27,488 bases of DNA from a virus (Duplodnaviria; Caudoviricetes), in the IMG/VR virus record IMGVR_UViG_3300020294_000025, positions 1-27,488 of that record; one strand, written 5' to 3'. A program made the position numbers and the translations under genes. Each line of letters starts with the position of its first letter. Within the stretch, counting starts at the first letter, position 1. Under the pieces are notes generated by a model. That model was given only the letters and a program-made list of their open reading frames with translations. It was not told the origin of the DNA and did not search any database. Positions 1-7,294 of the stretch are shown here, piece by piece.

Positions 1-31
1 CGTCTTAGGTATATTTACTTATCCCCGCAAG

Positions 32-153
32 GTAGTAGTACATATGTATCACTACCCCCGCAAGGTGCCCATAGCTACCGCCCAGTAGTAGTACATATGT
101 TTCACTACCTCTCGGTAGTAGTACTAATGTACCACTACTAGTACAAATGTACC
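32..153. repeat. Array of imperfect palindromic repeats (24-bp unit GTAGTAGTACWWATGTWYCACTAC x3 plus one core-only copy)
   Basis: Units at 32-55, 85-108 and 115-138, with a fourth core AGTACAAATGTACC at 140-153. CCCCGCAAGGT is also repeated at 23-33 and 56-66. Confidence 0.9.
37..153. promoter_or_regulatory. Four candidate cyanobacterial LexA (SOS) boxes
   Basis: Cores AGTACATATGTATC (37-50), AGTACATATGTTTC (90-103), AGTACTAATGTACC (120-133), AGTACAAATGTACC (140-153). The last two match the cyanobacterial LexA consensus RGTAC-NNN-DGTWCB fully; the first two have one mismatch. Confidence 0.55.
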
Positions 154-444
154 CCTTCGGGGGGTAGCCAGTTCCCCCAACGTTCTTAATACCCAACAGA
201 AAATTATGCCAAAATTAAAGACACCCTACTTAGCCCCCCGAAATGTGGAGAGAAGTACAATCACTTCCACTACAAACAGAATGGTTATCACGGTGTTGAG
301 TATTAGCATAGATAGTATAGATAGCAAAACTAACTGGACCTATTATCCTTAATAGGAGTAGAATTGTTAGAATCTTTTTAAAGGTATTCAAGGTGTAGAA
401 GGAGAGTAGTTTGTAAAGGATCGTAAAGTTATCACGATATAGGC

Positions 445-473
445 GAAAAGGGAGAAAAACAATCTCCCTCTTC
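445..473 (-). terminator. Hairpin downstream of terL, probable (possibly bidirectional) intrinsic terminator
   Basis: Minus strand GAAGAGGGAGA-TTGTTTT-TCTCCCTTTTC: 11-bp stem with one G-U. The U-tract is short. Confidence 0.5.
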
Positions 474-482
474 TTTGACCGC

Positions 483-530
483 TGTTTCCACACACGGGAC
501 GCACCACTTCCCCGTGTATAATGAGGTGGT
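483..530 (-). ncRNA. Candidate H-type pseudoknot RNA element 3' of terL
   Basis: Interleaved stems ACCAC(530-526)/GTGGT(507-503) and ACACGGG(517-511)/CCCGTGT(498-492), followed by TGT-GGAA-ACA. Confidence 0.35.
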
Positions 531-534
531 TAAA

Positions 535-2283
535 CTAAATCCAAGTAGGCAAAGGTTTCCCTGTTGTCTTTCCTCTTGCTTCTTGTCTTTGTTGGAGGTT
601 CATTCCGAACACCATATGATTAGCTGCTGCTTGAGGATTATCTTGCCATTCTTGTTCTAAATCCAACCACTCTTGATCTCTTCTAGTCTTTATGGCATCT
701 TTGGCTGAGATAGCGAGGGCATCGGTGAACCATTTAACCCCCTGGGCAAGGCTATCGATTCTGTCATCGTGTTTAACGGCCCCTTTTTCCCTGCACATGC
801 GGGAGACTTGGTATCCAAGCATATATTGGAATCTAGTTTCAGTTGGCCTCTCAGCACCCGATTCATAATCCCACTTAATAACCTTGGGGTCAACAACCAG
901 CCTGTGCTGATTAAAGCAAGGCTCAAGACTGTCAATGATACGATCTTCTTTCCTGACATTAGCTCTAGTTTCCTCTATGTTGATTGATGTTTTAGTGTTA
1001 ATACAATGTTTACGGAAAAGCTCTGATACTATTCCATCTCCAAAGTTACTCTCAATGAGTAAAGTGGAGGCTTTATACTTTCTACAAAGTTTAAGGATGT
1101 CTAATAATGTATTGTCTGAATAACCGTCTGTAGAGGCGTAGATTTCATGTAAATACATTATCCCATTCAACTGGGAAATGAAGCAGGCTACAGTCTCATC
1201 TGAGCCTCTTCCAGAGGGGTCTACAGAGCAGATAGTTTCACTATACTCTTGCCACTCCCCCTGAGTCTGCATTGGTTTGTAATAATAGTCCCCTGGAAGT
1301 CCTACACAAGGCAAGTCTTTAAGGATATTATCAGGATCAGAGCACCATATTATGTTTTCTGGTGCGTGGGTCGGATTGACGGGAGTAACGATGAGATCGG
1401 CAAATTTGAGAGGAAACTTCTCAGCATCAGAGAGAGAAGTATCCAACATAAACTGTAACATAAAGTTACTACGACCCATAGCACTCTCACGCTCCAAGAG
1501 ATCCTCTTCAAGAAATCTTGTATCTGTTGGTTTCCAAGAGAGATCTTTTTCATTTTCTAAATCAGCTGCAAGCTGTGGTGAGAGTAAACCATCATACATA
1601 GCCACCTTTCGAGGATATCTAGCAGGCCATACAAATGGCTTATAGTTACGCTCTCGGAGCTTGTTATAGACGGTAAAAGTAGTCTGAGGAGTTCCAAGGA
1701 ACATGATGCGAGAATCAGGCTTAGGAGTGAGAATAGACTCACACTCAGTAACAAGTTGAAGTAATTTTTCACGTTGTAACTCGGTCATACTGTTATTAGG
1801 GACTTCTACATCATCTAATACCATTAAATCAGCACGGCTTCCCGTTAACTGACCTGTAATACCCACAGACTTAACTGAAGGTGCTTGGTGAGGTGCAGCT
1901 GGTCCTACATCAAAGGATACTCTTGACCACCTTTGGTCATCATTCTTAGGTTTTAACTGGCTCATCCAAGGGACTTCCAGTATTAGTCGTTGACAGAAGA
2001 TTGAGAATGAGTCGGCCCTATCCTTAGAAGCCGATACAACCATAATCTTCTTATTCGGATCGTTATATAACGTCCAAAGAACAAAAGCCGCAGTAATCCA
2101 AGATTTACCAACACCTCGAAAAGCTTGAATTTGGAGTCTCTTGGGTCCATTTTGTAAATATTCAGCAATACAGAGTTGTGCTCTGGTAGGTTGTGGAAGG
2201 TCTAAATGTGTCCACACAGCTGTAAGGAAGAACCTAAAGTCCTCCCTTAGCTGGTCATATATTGTCTTATGTTTTTTCTTCAT
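535..2283 (-). CDS. terL: Terminase large subunit (T7 gp19-like DNA maturase B)
   Basis: Walker A AFRGVGKS, Walker B LMVLDDVE after TGSRAD, coupling motif LGTPQ, RNase H-like VDPSGRGSDET and HDDRIDSLA. Start placed at ATG 2283 (ATGA overlap with the upstream HNH stop) rather than TTG 2292. Confidence 0.97.
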   Translation of the reverse strand: MKKKHKTIYDQLREDFRFFLTAVWTHLDLPQPTRAQLCIAEYLQNGPKRLQIQAFRGVGKSWITAAFVLWTLYNDPNKKIMVVSASKDRADSFSIFCQRLILEVPWMSQLKPKNDDQRWSRVSFDVGPAAPHQAPSVKSVGITGQLTGSRADLMVLDDVEVPNNSMTELQREKLLQLVTECESILTPKPDSRIMFLGTPQTTFTVYNKLRERNYKPFVWPARYPRKVAMYDGLLSPQLAADLENEKDLSWKPTDTRFLEEDLLERESAMGRSNFMLQFMLDTSLSDAEKFPLKFADLIVTPVNPTHAPENIIWCSDPDNILKDLPCVGLPGDYYYKPMQTQGEWQEYSETICSVDPSGRGSDETVACFISQLNGIMYLHEIYASTDGYSDNTLLDILKLCRKYKASTLLIESNFGDGIVSELFRKHCINTKTSINIEETRANVRKEDRIIDSLEPCFNQHRLVVDPKVIKWDYESGAERPTETRFQYMLGYQVSRMCREKGAVKHDDRIDSLAQGVKWFTDALAISAKDAIKTRRDQEWLDLEQEWQDNPQAAANHMVFGMNLQQRQEARGKTTGKPLPTWI

Positions 2284-2609
2284 TCTATCCAAGTTAGGAT
2301 TCGTTTTTCTCTAAAAGAGTCTGGTGGGAAGTTATCCCTAAACCAGTCTAACCAGATTTGACTTCCTTTATTCTGATTACATTTACGACAAGCGGGAACA
2401 CAGTTCCTAGTGACATTAGTACCCCCCATAGATCGGGGATGTACATGGTCAATGGTAAGATCATGTTCTCGATAGCGTTGTCCACAATAAATACATTCAT
2501 AATTGTTTGCCTCTTTAATAGCTTTTCTCCATAGTCGCTTTGCTTCAGCTGACTGCATAGCTAAAAGATTGATAAGATAGTGTTCAGAAGTTGGAAGGAT
2601 AGGTGTCAT
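2280..2609 (-). CDS. HNH endonuclease (Zn-binding, McrA/HNH_5-like)
   Basis: CIYCG...LTIDHVHPRSMGG.N...NCVPACRKCNQNKG; ATGA overlaps at both ends. Confidence 0.9.
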   Translation of the reverse strand: MTPILPTSEHYLINLLAMQSAEAKRLWRKAIKEANNYECIYCGQRYREHDLTIDHVHPRSMGGTNVTRNCVPACRKCNQNKGSQIWLDWFRDNFPPDSFREKRILTWIE

Positions 2610-2875
2610 TTTTTACTGCGATTTCGTGCTCTGTTTGTCGATGGATCTTCCCGTACTAAGGTACCTTTCGAGGTATGCGAGTAGTCTTTTCCACCTTTAC
2701 CGTAGTTACCATCCTTTCGTCTGGCACGGTTTAGTTCTGCACGATAATTCTTATTAGCAGTAGTTTTATTCCTTTGTCTTTGTGCAGCATTTTTCTTTGC
2801 CTTAGAAGCGGGATTATCTCTATAATTCCGTGCGCTCCGCTTTAGCTTGCTGCGGGGCATTGCTTTGGGAGCCAT
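2606..2875 (-). CDS. Small, very basic protein with minimal HNH-like motif
   Basis: K/R-rich 89 aa; GKDYSH...LVREDPSTNRARN resembles a compact Cys-less HNH core. Coupled to terS by TAATG. Confidence 0.7.
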   Translation of the reverse strand: MAPKAMPRSKLKRSARNYRDNPASKAKKNAAQRQRNKTTANKNYRAELNRARRKDGNYGKGGKDYSHTSKGTLVREDPSTNRARNRSKK

Positions 2876-3111
2876 TATCTATGCACCGCTTTTTGTACAG
2901 CTTCAAAATCTACCTTTGGCATTAGGTCTGCTAATTTACCCAAAGGTGACTCATCAAAGCCAATACCAGTGATGTCATTTTTATATAACCAGTCCGTAGC
3001 AGCTTTAAGGTCTGCGGTGGTAGCTTCGCCAGATTTGATACGGTCAATCAGTTCTACAGTTACAAGATTATGTAACGCATTAAACTGATCCTCTGTGGCT
3101 CGTTTATCCAT
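2875..3111 (-). CDS. terS: Terminase small subunit (T7 gp18-like DNA maturase A)
   Basis: 78 aa, RATEDQFNALH...RIKSGEATTADLKAATDWL..NDITG pattern of podoviral gp18; located upstream of terL. Confidence 0.8.
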   Translation of the reverse strand: MDKRATEDQFNALHNLVTVELIDRIKSGEATTADLKAATDWLYKNDITGIGFDESPLGKLADLMPKVDFEAVQKAVHR

Positions 3112-3284
3112 TATGTAAATACTTTTTTATTTGTAAATAACGACTGCTCAATAAAATCTACAGCCTTATCATCAACAACATTATCAGTAGTTGACACTAG
3201 CTTGCGTAGAATATCAATAAGTAGTTTTTTTACAGAGTCAGAAGTAGCAAAAGCCATTAGTATTGGCTTAATTAGTAGAATCAT
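3111..3284 (-). CDS. 57-aa hypothetical protein (absent from ORF track)
   Basis: MILLIKPILMAFATSDSVKKLLIDILRKLVSTTDNVVDDKAVDFIEQSLFTNKKVFT; fills the gap exactly, with ATGA overlap upstream and TAATG overlap with terS. Confidence 0.85.
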   Translation of the reverse strand: MILLIKPILMAFATSDSVKKLLIDILRKLVSTTDNVVDDKAVDFIEQSLFTNKKVFT

Positions 3285-4219
3285 TTGTCATTAGTAGGTT
3301 TTGTTGGACAGTCGTACTCCTGTTTACTCCAAGGGTACTTTTTGTCTTTTGGTGTACAAGTTGTGTTTAAATACTCTTTAACAGCAGCTTTTTTCTTAGC
3401 TTGGTACTCAACTATAGGTACTACATCATTACACATAGTATATACACGGGTATTTTCAGCTAACATAAAGCCTTTTCGTTGAAGTTCAGCACATCTCAAC
3501 ATACGGGTTAATTCGTAGTCAAGTCGCATTTTTTCTTCAATGCGTTGCGATATACGTTTACATCTACGCAAACCTGATATATCTAAAGGGAACATAAAAT
3601 TAATTTGTCCTCCCCAGTTTTCAGCTATTGTGTAGGTTCTTTGATCCATATTTTCATCAAAGGGAACCGTATGATTCCCCATGTAAAACGGACTAAACGT
3701 CATCGTGGCACCGTTACAGGACACCCCAGAACCATAGTGCTGCCTTGAAGGAGCACCATTGTTCTGGAACTGAACCGCTTGATTGGTGACATTGCCCGTT
3801 GCAGCAGCAACAGGATTTGAAACATTATTAGTTTCGTCTTCAGCTTTTACAGGAGCTACTGAGAGAAGACAGACAAGGAAACAGTAGTAGAATCGGTTTC
3901 TATAACTCGATCTATTTCTGTTAATTCGATTACCTGACTTGCTGCTCTTGTTACTACCTCCAGTGAAAAGTCGGAACCAGCTGTTGTCATGTTGAAAATT
4001 GAATCGCTGTCTACTATTCCTCCAGAAGTTGCTGATGTATGGGTTATGTTGTCCCCAGACCATTTGTTTAACGCTGCTCCATAGGTTGTAGTAGTGATTT
4101 CTTCTGTTATTTCTTGAGTTGTAGTTGTAGTACTGTTCATAGAACCCTGCGTAAAGTTGGGTTGAACTAGCTCTGCTCGTACAATAGTTGGTGTTAGTAG
4201 AAATAGCGGTAAAAGCCAT
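3281..4219 (-). CDS. Cys-containing secreted or membrane-anchored hypothetical protein; true start uncertain
   Basis: The portion 3281-~3895 has a signal-like segment (FYYCFLVCLLSVAPVKA/ED) and six downstream Cys, and its stop is coupled to the next gene. In-frame ATGs upstream of the signal lie only at 4063 and 4219, inside the neighbouring gene. Confidence 0.75.
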   Translation of the reverse strand: MAFTAISTNTNYCTSRASSTQLYAGFYEQYYNYNSRNNRRNHYYNLWSSVKQMVWGQHNPYISNFWRNSRQRFNFQHDNSWFRLFTGGSNKSSKSGNRINRNRSSYRNRFYYCFLVCLLSVAPVKAEDETNNVSNPVAAATGNVTNQAVQFQNNGAPSRQHYGSGVSCNGATMTFSPFYMGNHTVPFDENMDQRTYTIAENWGGQINFMFPLDISGLRRCKRISQRIEEKMRLDYELTRMLRCAELQRKGFMLAENTRVYTMCNDVVPIVEYQAKKKAAVKEYLNTTCTPKDKKYPWSKQEYDCPTKPTNDK

Positions 4220-4230
4220 AACTTGTTCAT
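3856..4230 (-). CDS. Secreted Thr-rich hypothetical protein
   Basis: Sec signal MNKLWLLPLFLLTPTIVRA/E; PNFTQGSMNSTT motif; start overlaps the upstream stop (ATGA 4227-4230). Confidence 0.85.
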   Translation of the reverse strand: MNKLWLLPLFLLTPTIVRAELVQPNFTQGSMNSTTTTTQEITEEITTTTYGAALNKWSGDNITHTSATSGGIVDSDSIFNMTTAGSDFSLEVVTRAASQVIELTEIDRVIETDSTTVSLSVFSQ

Positions 4231-4555
4231 GTTTTTGGTTTATCTTTAACCATTGGACAGTTTACGGGGCCTTTGTTTTTGTTATTATTCCCAGTGGTCA
4301 AACCAAATGTGGCAAGTGCTCCCGTGAACACACTGGCAACGAACGTGATATCTGAATTACCTGATTTTTTAACCATAGGTAATTCGACATAATTCATTGT
4401 TATGATCAGATAAAGCCCGACCAAACCACTACCCCAAGACGCACAAAAGTCCCAAGAATCTGTATTTGTTGTTCTTGGTCCTCTGCTGCATCTTTGAGTT
4501 TATTTAGGAGGTTTGGTTTCGGGCTTTCTTTTTTTTCTTCTGGTTTTCCTTCCAT
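4227..4555 (-). pseudogene. Two-TM membrane protein (holin-like candidate) split by a frameshift near 4405-4411
   Basis: ATG 4555 gives MEGKPEEK...ILGTFVRLGVVVWSGFI then TGA (4408-4406). The hydrophobic helix continues in the -1 frame as IITMNYVELP...ITFVASVFTGALATFGL, ending in an ATGA overlap at 4227. Confidence 0.65.
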
Positions 4556-4932
4556 TTATCTACTTTTTTCTGTAAGAATTTTTGCACTTGTTTTTTAATC
4601 TTGTTAAAGAAAGGAGTAGCAAGGGTTGTAGTGGCTACAGCTGCTACAGCTGCATAGGTAGCAGTAGCTACTACCTCAGCAGTCGGAAGAGGTAAATCTA
4701 TCTTTATAACAGGTATACTTAAACTTGGTTGTCCAGTTTGAGTTTCCGTCTCTTCCTTTTCGCTAGGTGCTTCTTCCATCTCCACTCCCTTAGGGGCTTT
4801 CAAGTTACTGGGAGGTATTACAACAGTAGGGAATACTGGCATTTCCGCAGTAGGTGGTTCTAAAGGTATGCTTGGCATATCTAAAGATTTTGGAAGCTTT
4901 GAATTAGAAAGTCTTATGGAGGGAAGCTGCAT
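4504..4932 (-). CDS. Hypothetical membrane protein (Pro-rich N-terminus, one hydrophobic helix, Lys-rich tail)
   Basis: VVATATYAAVAAVATTTLATPFF followed by a basic C-terminus; TGATG overlap with the upstream gene. Confidence 0.8.
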   Translation of the reverse strand: MQLPSIRLSNSKLPKSLDMPSIPLEPPTAEMPVFPTVVIPPSNLKAPKGVEMEEAPSEKEETETQTGQPSLSIPVIKIDLPLPTAEVVATATYAAVAAVATTTLATPFFNKIKKQVQKFLQKKVDKWKENQKKKKKARNQTS

Positions 4933-5351
4933 CAGGAAGGTTTAGTAGGCCACTCCATCCCGTCTTCTACATATGGAAAACCAGACTGTTTAGTTAGATT
5001 CCTTAAAGCAGTTCTATATGTTTTCCAAGCAGCTTTTTCATCTGCTGTTAAATCTGCTGTATCTGTCCAATCATATTTTTTTAAAAGATCATTACGAATT
5101 CTTCTTACTGCGTCAGAGTTAAATTCTTTTTCAGCTGCTCTTCTATCAGCAAGGGTATTATAATGAGTACTCCAATATTGTGGTTTAGAAAGAGAGTCTT
5201 GAACAAAATCTTCAATCTCCGCTTGAGATCCAAAATCTACTCTAGTTTCTGGATTCCATTTATTTAATCCTAGTTCTCTTTTAACGCCAGCTGCGTCTTC
5301 ATGGACATGGTAAGAACTACCATCTCCGTTAAATGTTGATGTTATAGTCAT
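4932..5351 (-). CDS. Tail fiber assembly chaperone-like protein
   Basis: C-terminal RRIRNDLL..DWT..AD....W..YR.ALR.L..Q.GFP....WP.KP signature. Start placed at ATG 5351, just after the upstream stop at 5356. Confidence 0.85.
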   Translation of the reverse strand: MTITSTFNGDGSSYHVHEDAAGVKRELGLNKWNPETRVDFGSQAEIEDFVQDSLSKPQYWSTHYNTLADRRAAEKEFNSDAVRRIRNDLLKKYDWTDTADLTADEKAAWKTYRTALRNLTKQSGFPYVEDGMEWPTKPS

Positions 5352-5355
5352 TGAT

Positions 5356-5736
5356 TTAATGCGAGTTCGGCCCAGTTGCAGTGTATACCATGCTATCAGC
5401 ATGTGTTGTTGGGGCTGGTATTTCTACTCCTTGGACGTATTTCCAGTTACCATCTGAATAACTGGGGTAAACAACACTACCTTCTGGTAAAGCTGTCACC
5501 TTACCACCACCAGTTGTTCCTACATAATAATTAGCACTAGCAGTACTGTTTATTTTAATACCATGATAAGCTTGTAAAGTACCTATAAATACCTTTCCAG
5601 AAGGTACTGTATACATTGCATTGTAGTTTGAATTGTTGTGTCCTATTGTTATCCAGTTGGTTGCGACAGCTGCCGCTGGTGCAGCAGCACCACCTCCTGA
5701 TGATGTAGATGGTACTACATTTGCTGTTAATCCCAT
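5356..5736 (-). CDS. Small tail-tip/virion-associated protein
   Basis: Gly/Ala linker then beta-rich domain with YTVPSGK motif; lies between fiber genes and the chaperone. Confidence 0.65.
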   Translation of the reverse strand: MGLTANVVPSTSSGGGAAAPAAAVATNWITIGHNNSNYNAMYTVPSGKVFIGTLQAYHGIKINSTASANYYVGTTGGGKVTALPEGSVVYPSYSDGNWKYVQGVEIPAPTTHADSMVYTATGPNSH

Positions 5737-5746
5737 AATTAATAAT

Positions 5747-7291
5747 TTAAGTAACTAAAATTCCTGATGTTCTTATATCAATATTACCAAAGTTGCCATC
5801 AGCAGCACTTGGTTCTTGAACTGCTCTGTAAACTCCAGATACATATCTATATTCACCGTCACCAGCCCCAGTGTTTGAGTTAGTTCCTAGATAAAACGCC
5901 GCAGGGTCTAAAGCATTATCAAAATCTAAAATTTGCATACTAGCTCCAGCAGAGTTATCTACTCCACTTGTTTGGTTCCATTTATCACCAACAAGGAATG
6001 CATATCTTGGTACTCCTGGGGAGTGTAGTACTACTCCAGCAGGGTTACCAAACCTACGACCATCAACTGCTAAATGTCTAATTAAATTTCTAGCTTTATC
6101 AGTTGAATCAAGATCAAGATCATTTTCACCTGAATAACCTGCTCTAATAGTCCATCTTTTGTTTGTAGTAGCACTACCTGAATTACTAACATAAGCTTCT
6201 AAACTTTTACCAAGATTAGAAATATATAGATTGTTATAATCGTTTGTCCAGCTAGTACTACCAAAGTGACCTTGAAAAGCCCAATACTCACCCGCAGTGT
6301 TTTTCACTATACCCATAGAAGTTCTATTGTTGTCTGCTCCTGATATATTGAAAGTACCACCGTGATAATCACTCCAATTAGTTTGAGTACCAAATACTTT
6401 TCGAGTTTTACCTGTACTTAAACTAACTACTCTAAGACATGCATTAGATGTGTTAGCACCACCACCATTAATTAGTGCATGTCCATCTATATAGTATGAA
6501 CCGCAAGAACCTCTTTCTAAATCAACTTGTTGGTTAGTTGAATCACTACCATCGGTCTTCATAGTGATTGATGTATATGTATTTGAAGTACCTAATGTAG
6601 AGGTATCATACTTTCTAAAGAAATTTTCACCATCTTTAAAAGTATAGAAATACCTTTCTCCATCCCAAACCGCAAGGCGATGGTCGTTTGCGCTTCCATA
6701 AGTTGTAACTGATGTTGAGTTAGTTTCGTAACGTCTGACTACAAAATCTCCGTAATCTTTAACTCTTTTTATAAAGTAAAACCTACCATCTGCACCCCAC
6801 CAAGAATCTGAAACTCTACTTTGACTTTGGGATGTTACAGCTGTATTCCAATATTTTGAGCTATATTGACTATTAGGAGTGGTTGGTCCCCAATCGTTGG
6901 TAAATTCTTCTCCTTCAAATAATACACCTCCAGCACCGTATTGTCTAACAGTAGCAGTACTGTCACCATTAGTATCTCTATTACCTTCTCCCCAACCTAC
7001 TCTATGTACACCTGTACTTACTAGTTTTTGTGTAGTAGTGGCTACTAAAGTTTGAGAATTATCTAAAATTTCGTTACCACTAAAACCAGTCGTACTACCT
7101 GATGCAATAGTTGGTCCAGATATTGAACCTTCTTTAAGAGTAATATTTCTTGAATTTTCGTTTTTTAAAGAAACAGTTTTGATAACAGCTTTTTGAGAAC
7201 CTGTAGTTGTTGCAAGTGTTACTCCTGATGTTTTTAAATCTGAGTATTTTTTACTAGTATGAGAGCTAAACTCTTTTAATGAATCTGCCAT
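5747..7291 (-). CDS. Putative receptor-binding/tail-tip protein
   Basis: 514 aa, G/S/T/N- and aromatic-rich with propeller-like blades (WGADGRFYFI, VWDGERYFYTF, YYIDGHALI); directly follows the tail fiber. Confidence 0.65.
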   Translation of the reverse strand: MADSLKEFSSHTSKKYSDLKTSGVTLATTTGSQKAVIKTVSLKNENSRNITLKEGSISGPTIASGSTTGFSGNEILDNSQTLVATTTQKLVSTGVHRVGWGEGNRDTNGDSTATVRQYGAGGVLFEGEEFTNDWGPTTPNSQYSSKYWNTAVTSQSQSRVSDSWWGADGRFYFIKRVKDYGDFVVRRYETNSTSVTTYGSANDHRLAVWDGERYFYTFKDGENFFRKYDTSTLGTSNTYTSITMKTDGSDSTNQQVDLERGSCGSYYIDGHALINGGGANTSNACLRVVSLSTGKTRKVFGTQTNWSDYHGGTFNISGADNNRTSMGIVKNTAGEYWAFQGHFGSTSWTNDYNNLYISNLGKSLEAYVSNSGSATTNKRWTIRAGYSGENDLDLDSTDKARNLIRHLAVDGRRFGNPAGVVLHSPGVPRYAFLVGDKWNQTSGVDNSAGASMQILDFDNALDPAAFYLGTNSNTGAGDGEYRYVSGVYRAVQEPSAADGNFGNIDIRTSGILVT

Positions 7292-7294
7292 TTG

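Noticed and set aside
32-153. CRISPR-like mini-array
   Set aside because: Intervals between units are 29, 6 and about 1 nt and partly repetitive; there are no uniform unique spacers and no cas genes.
31-153. NtcA boxes (GTA-N8-TAC) in the end repeats
   Set aside because: The GTA/TAC spacing does not fit N8; the LexA-type spacing fits better.
5-493. ORFs 5-196 and 230-493 (minus)
   Set aside because: Non-ATG starts, they run through repeats and hairpins, have no protein-like motifs and show no coupling to neighbours.
475-522. + strand sigma70 promoter (TTGACC at 475, TATAAT at 517)
   Set aside because: Spacer is 36 bp and there is no proper TGn extension.
483-530. Known self-cleaving ribozyme (hammerhead, pistol, twister, HDV-like)
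   Set aside because: Conserved catalytic cores (e.g. CUGANGA with GAAA) were not recognisable; kept only as an unassigned pseudoknot.
535-2283. Intron or intein in terL
   Set aside because: Continuous ORF of normal T7 gp19-like length with no splicing motifs.
4406-4408. TGA stop-codon reassignment
   Set aside because: Reading through TGA meets TAA two codons later, and TGA acts as a normal stop in several ATGA overlaps.
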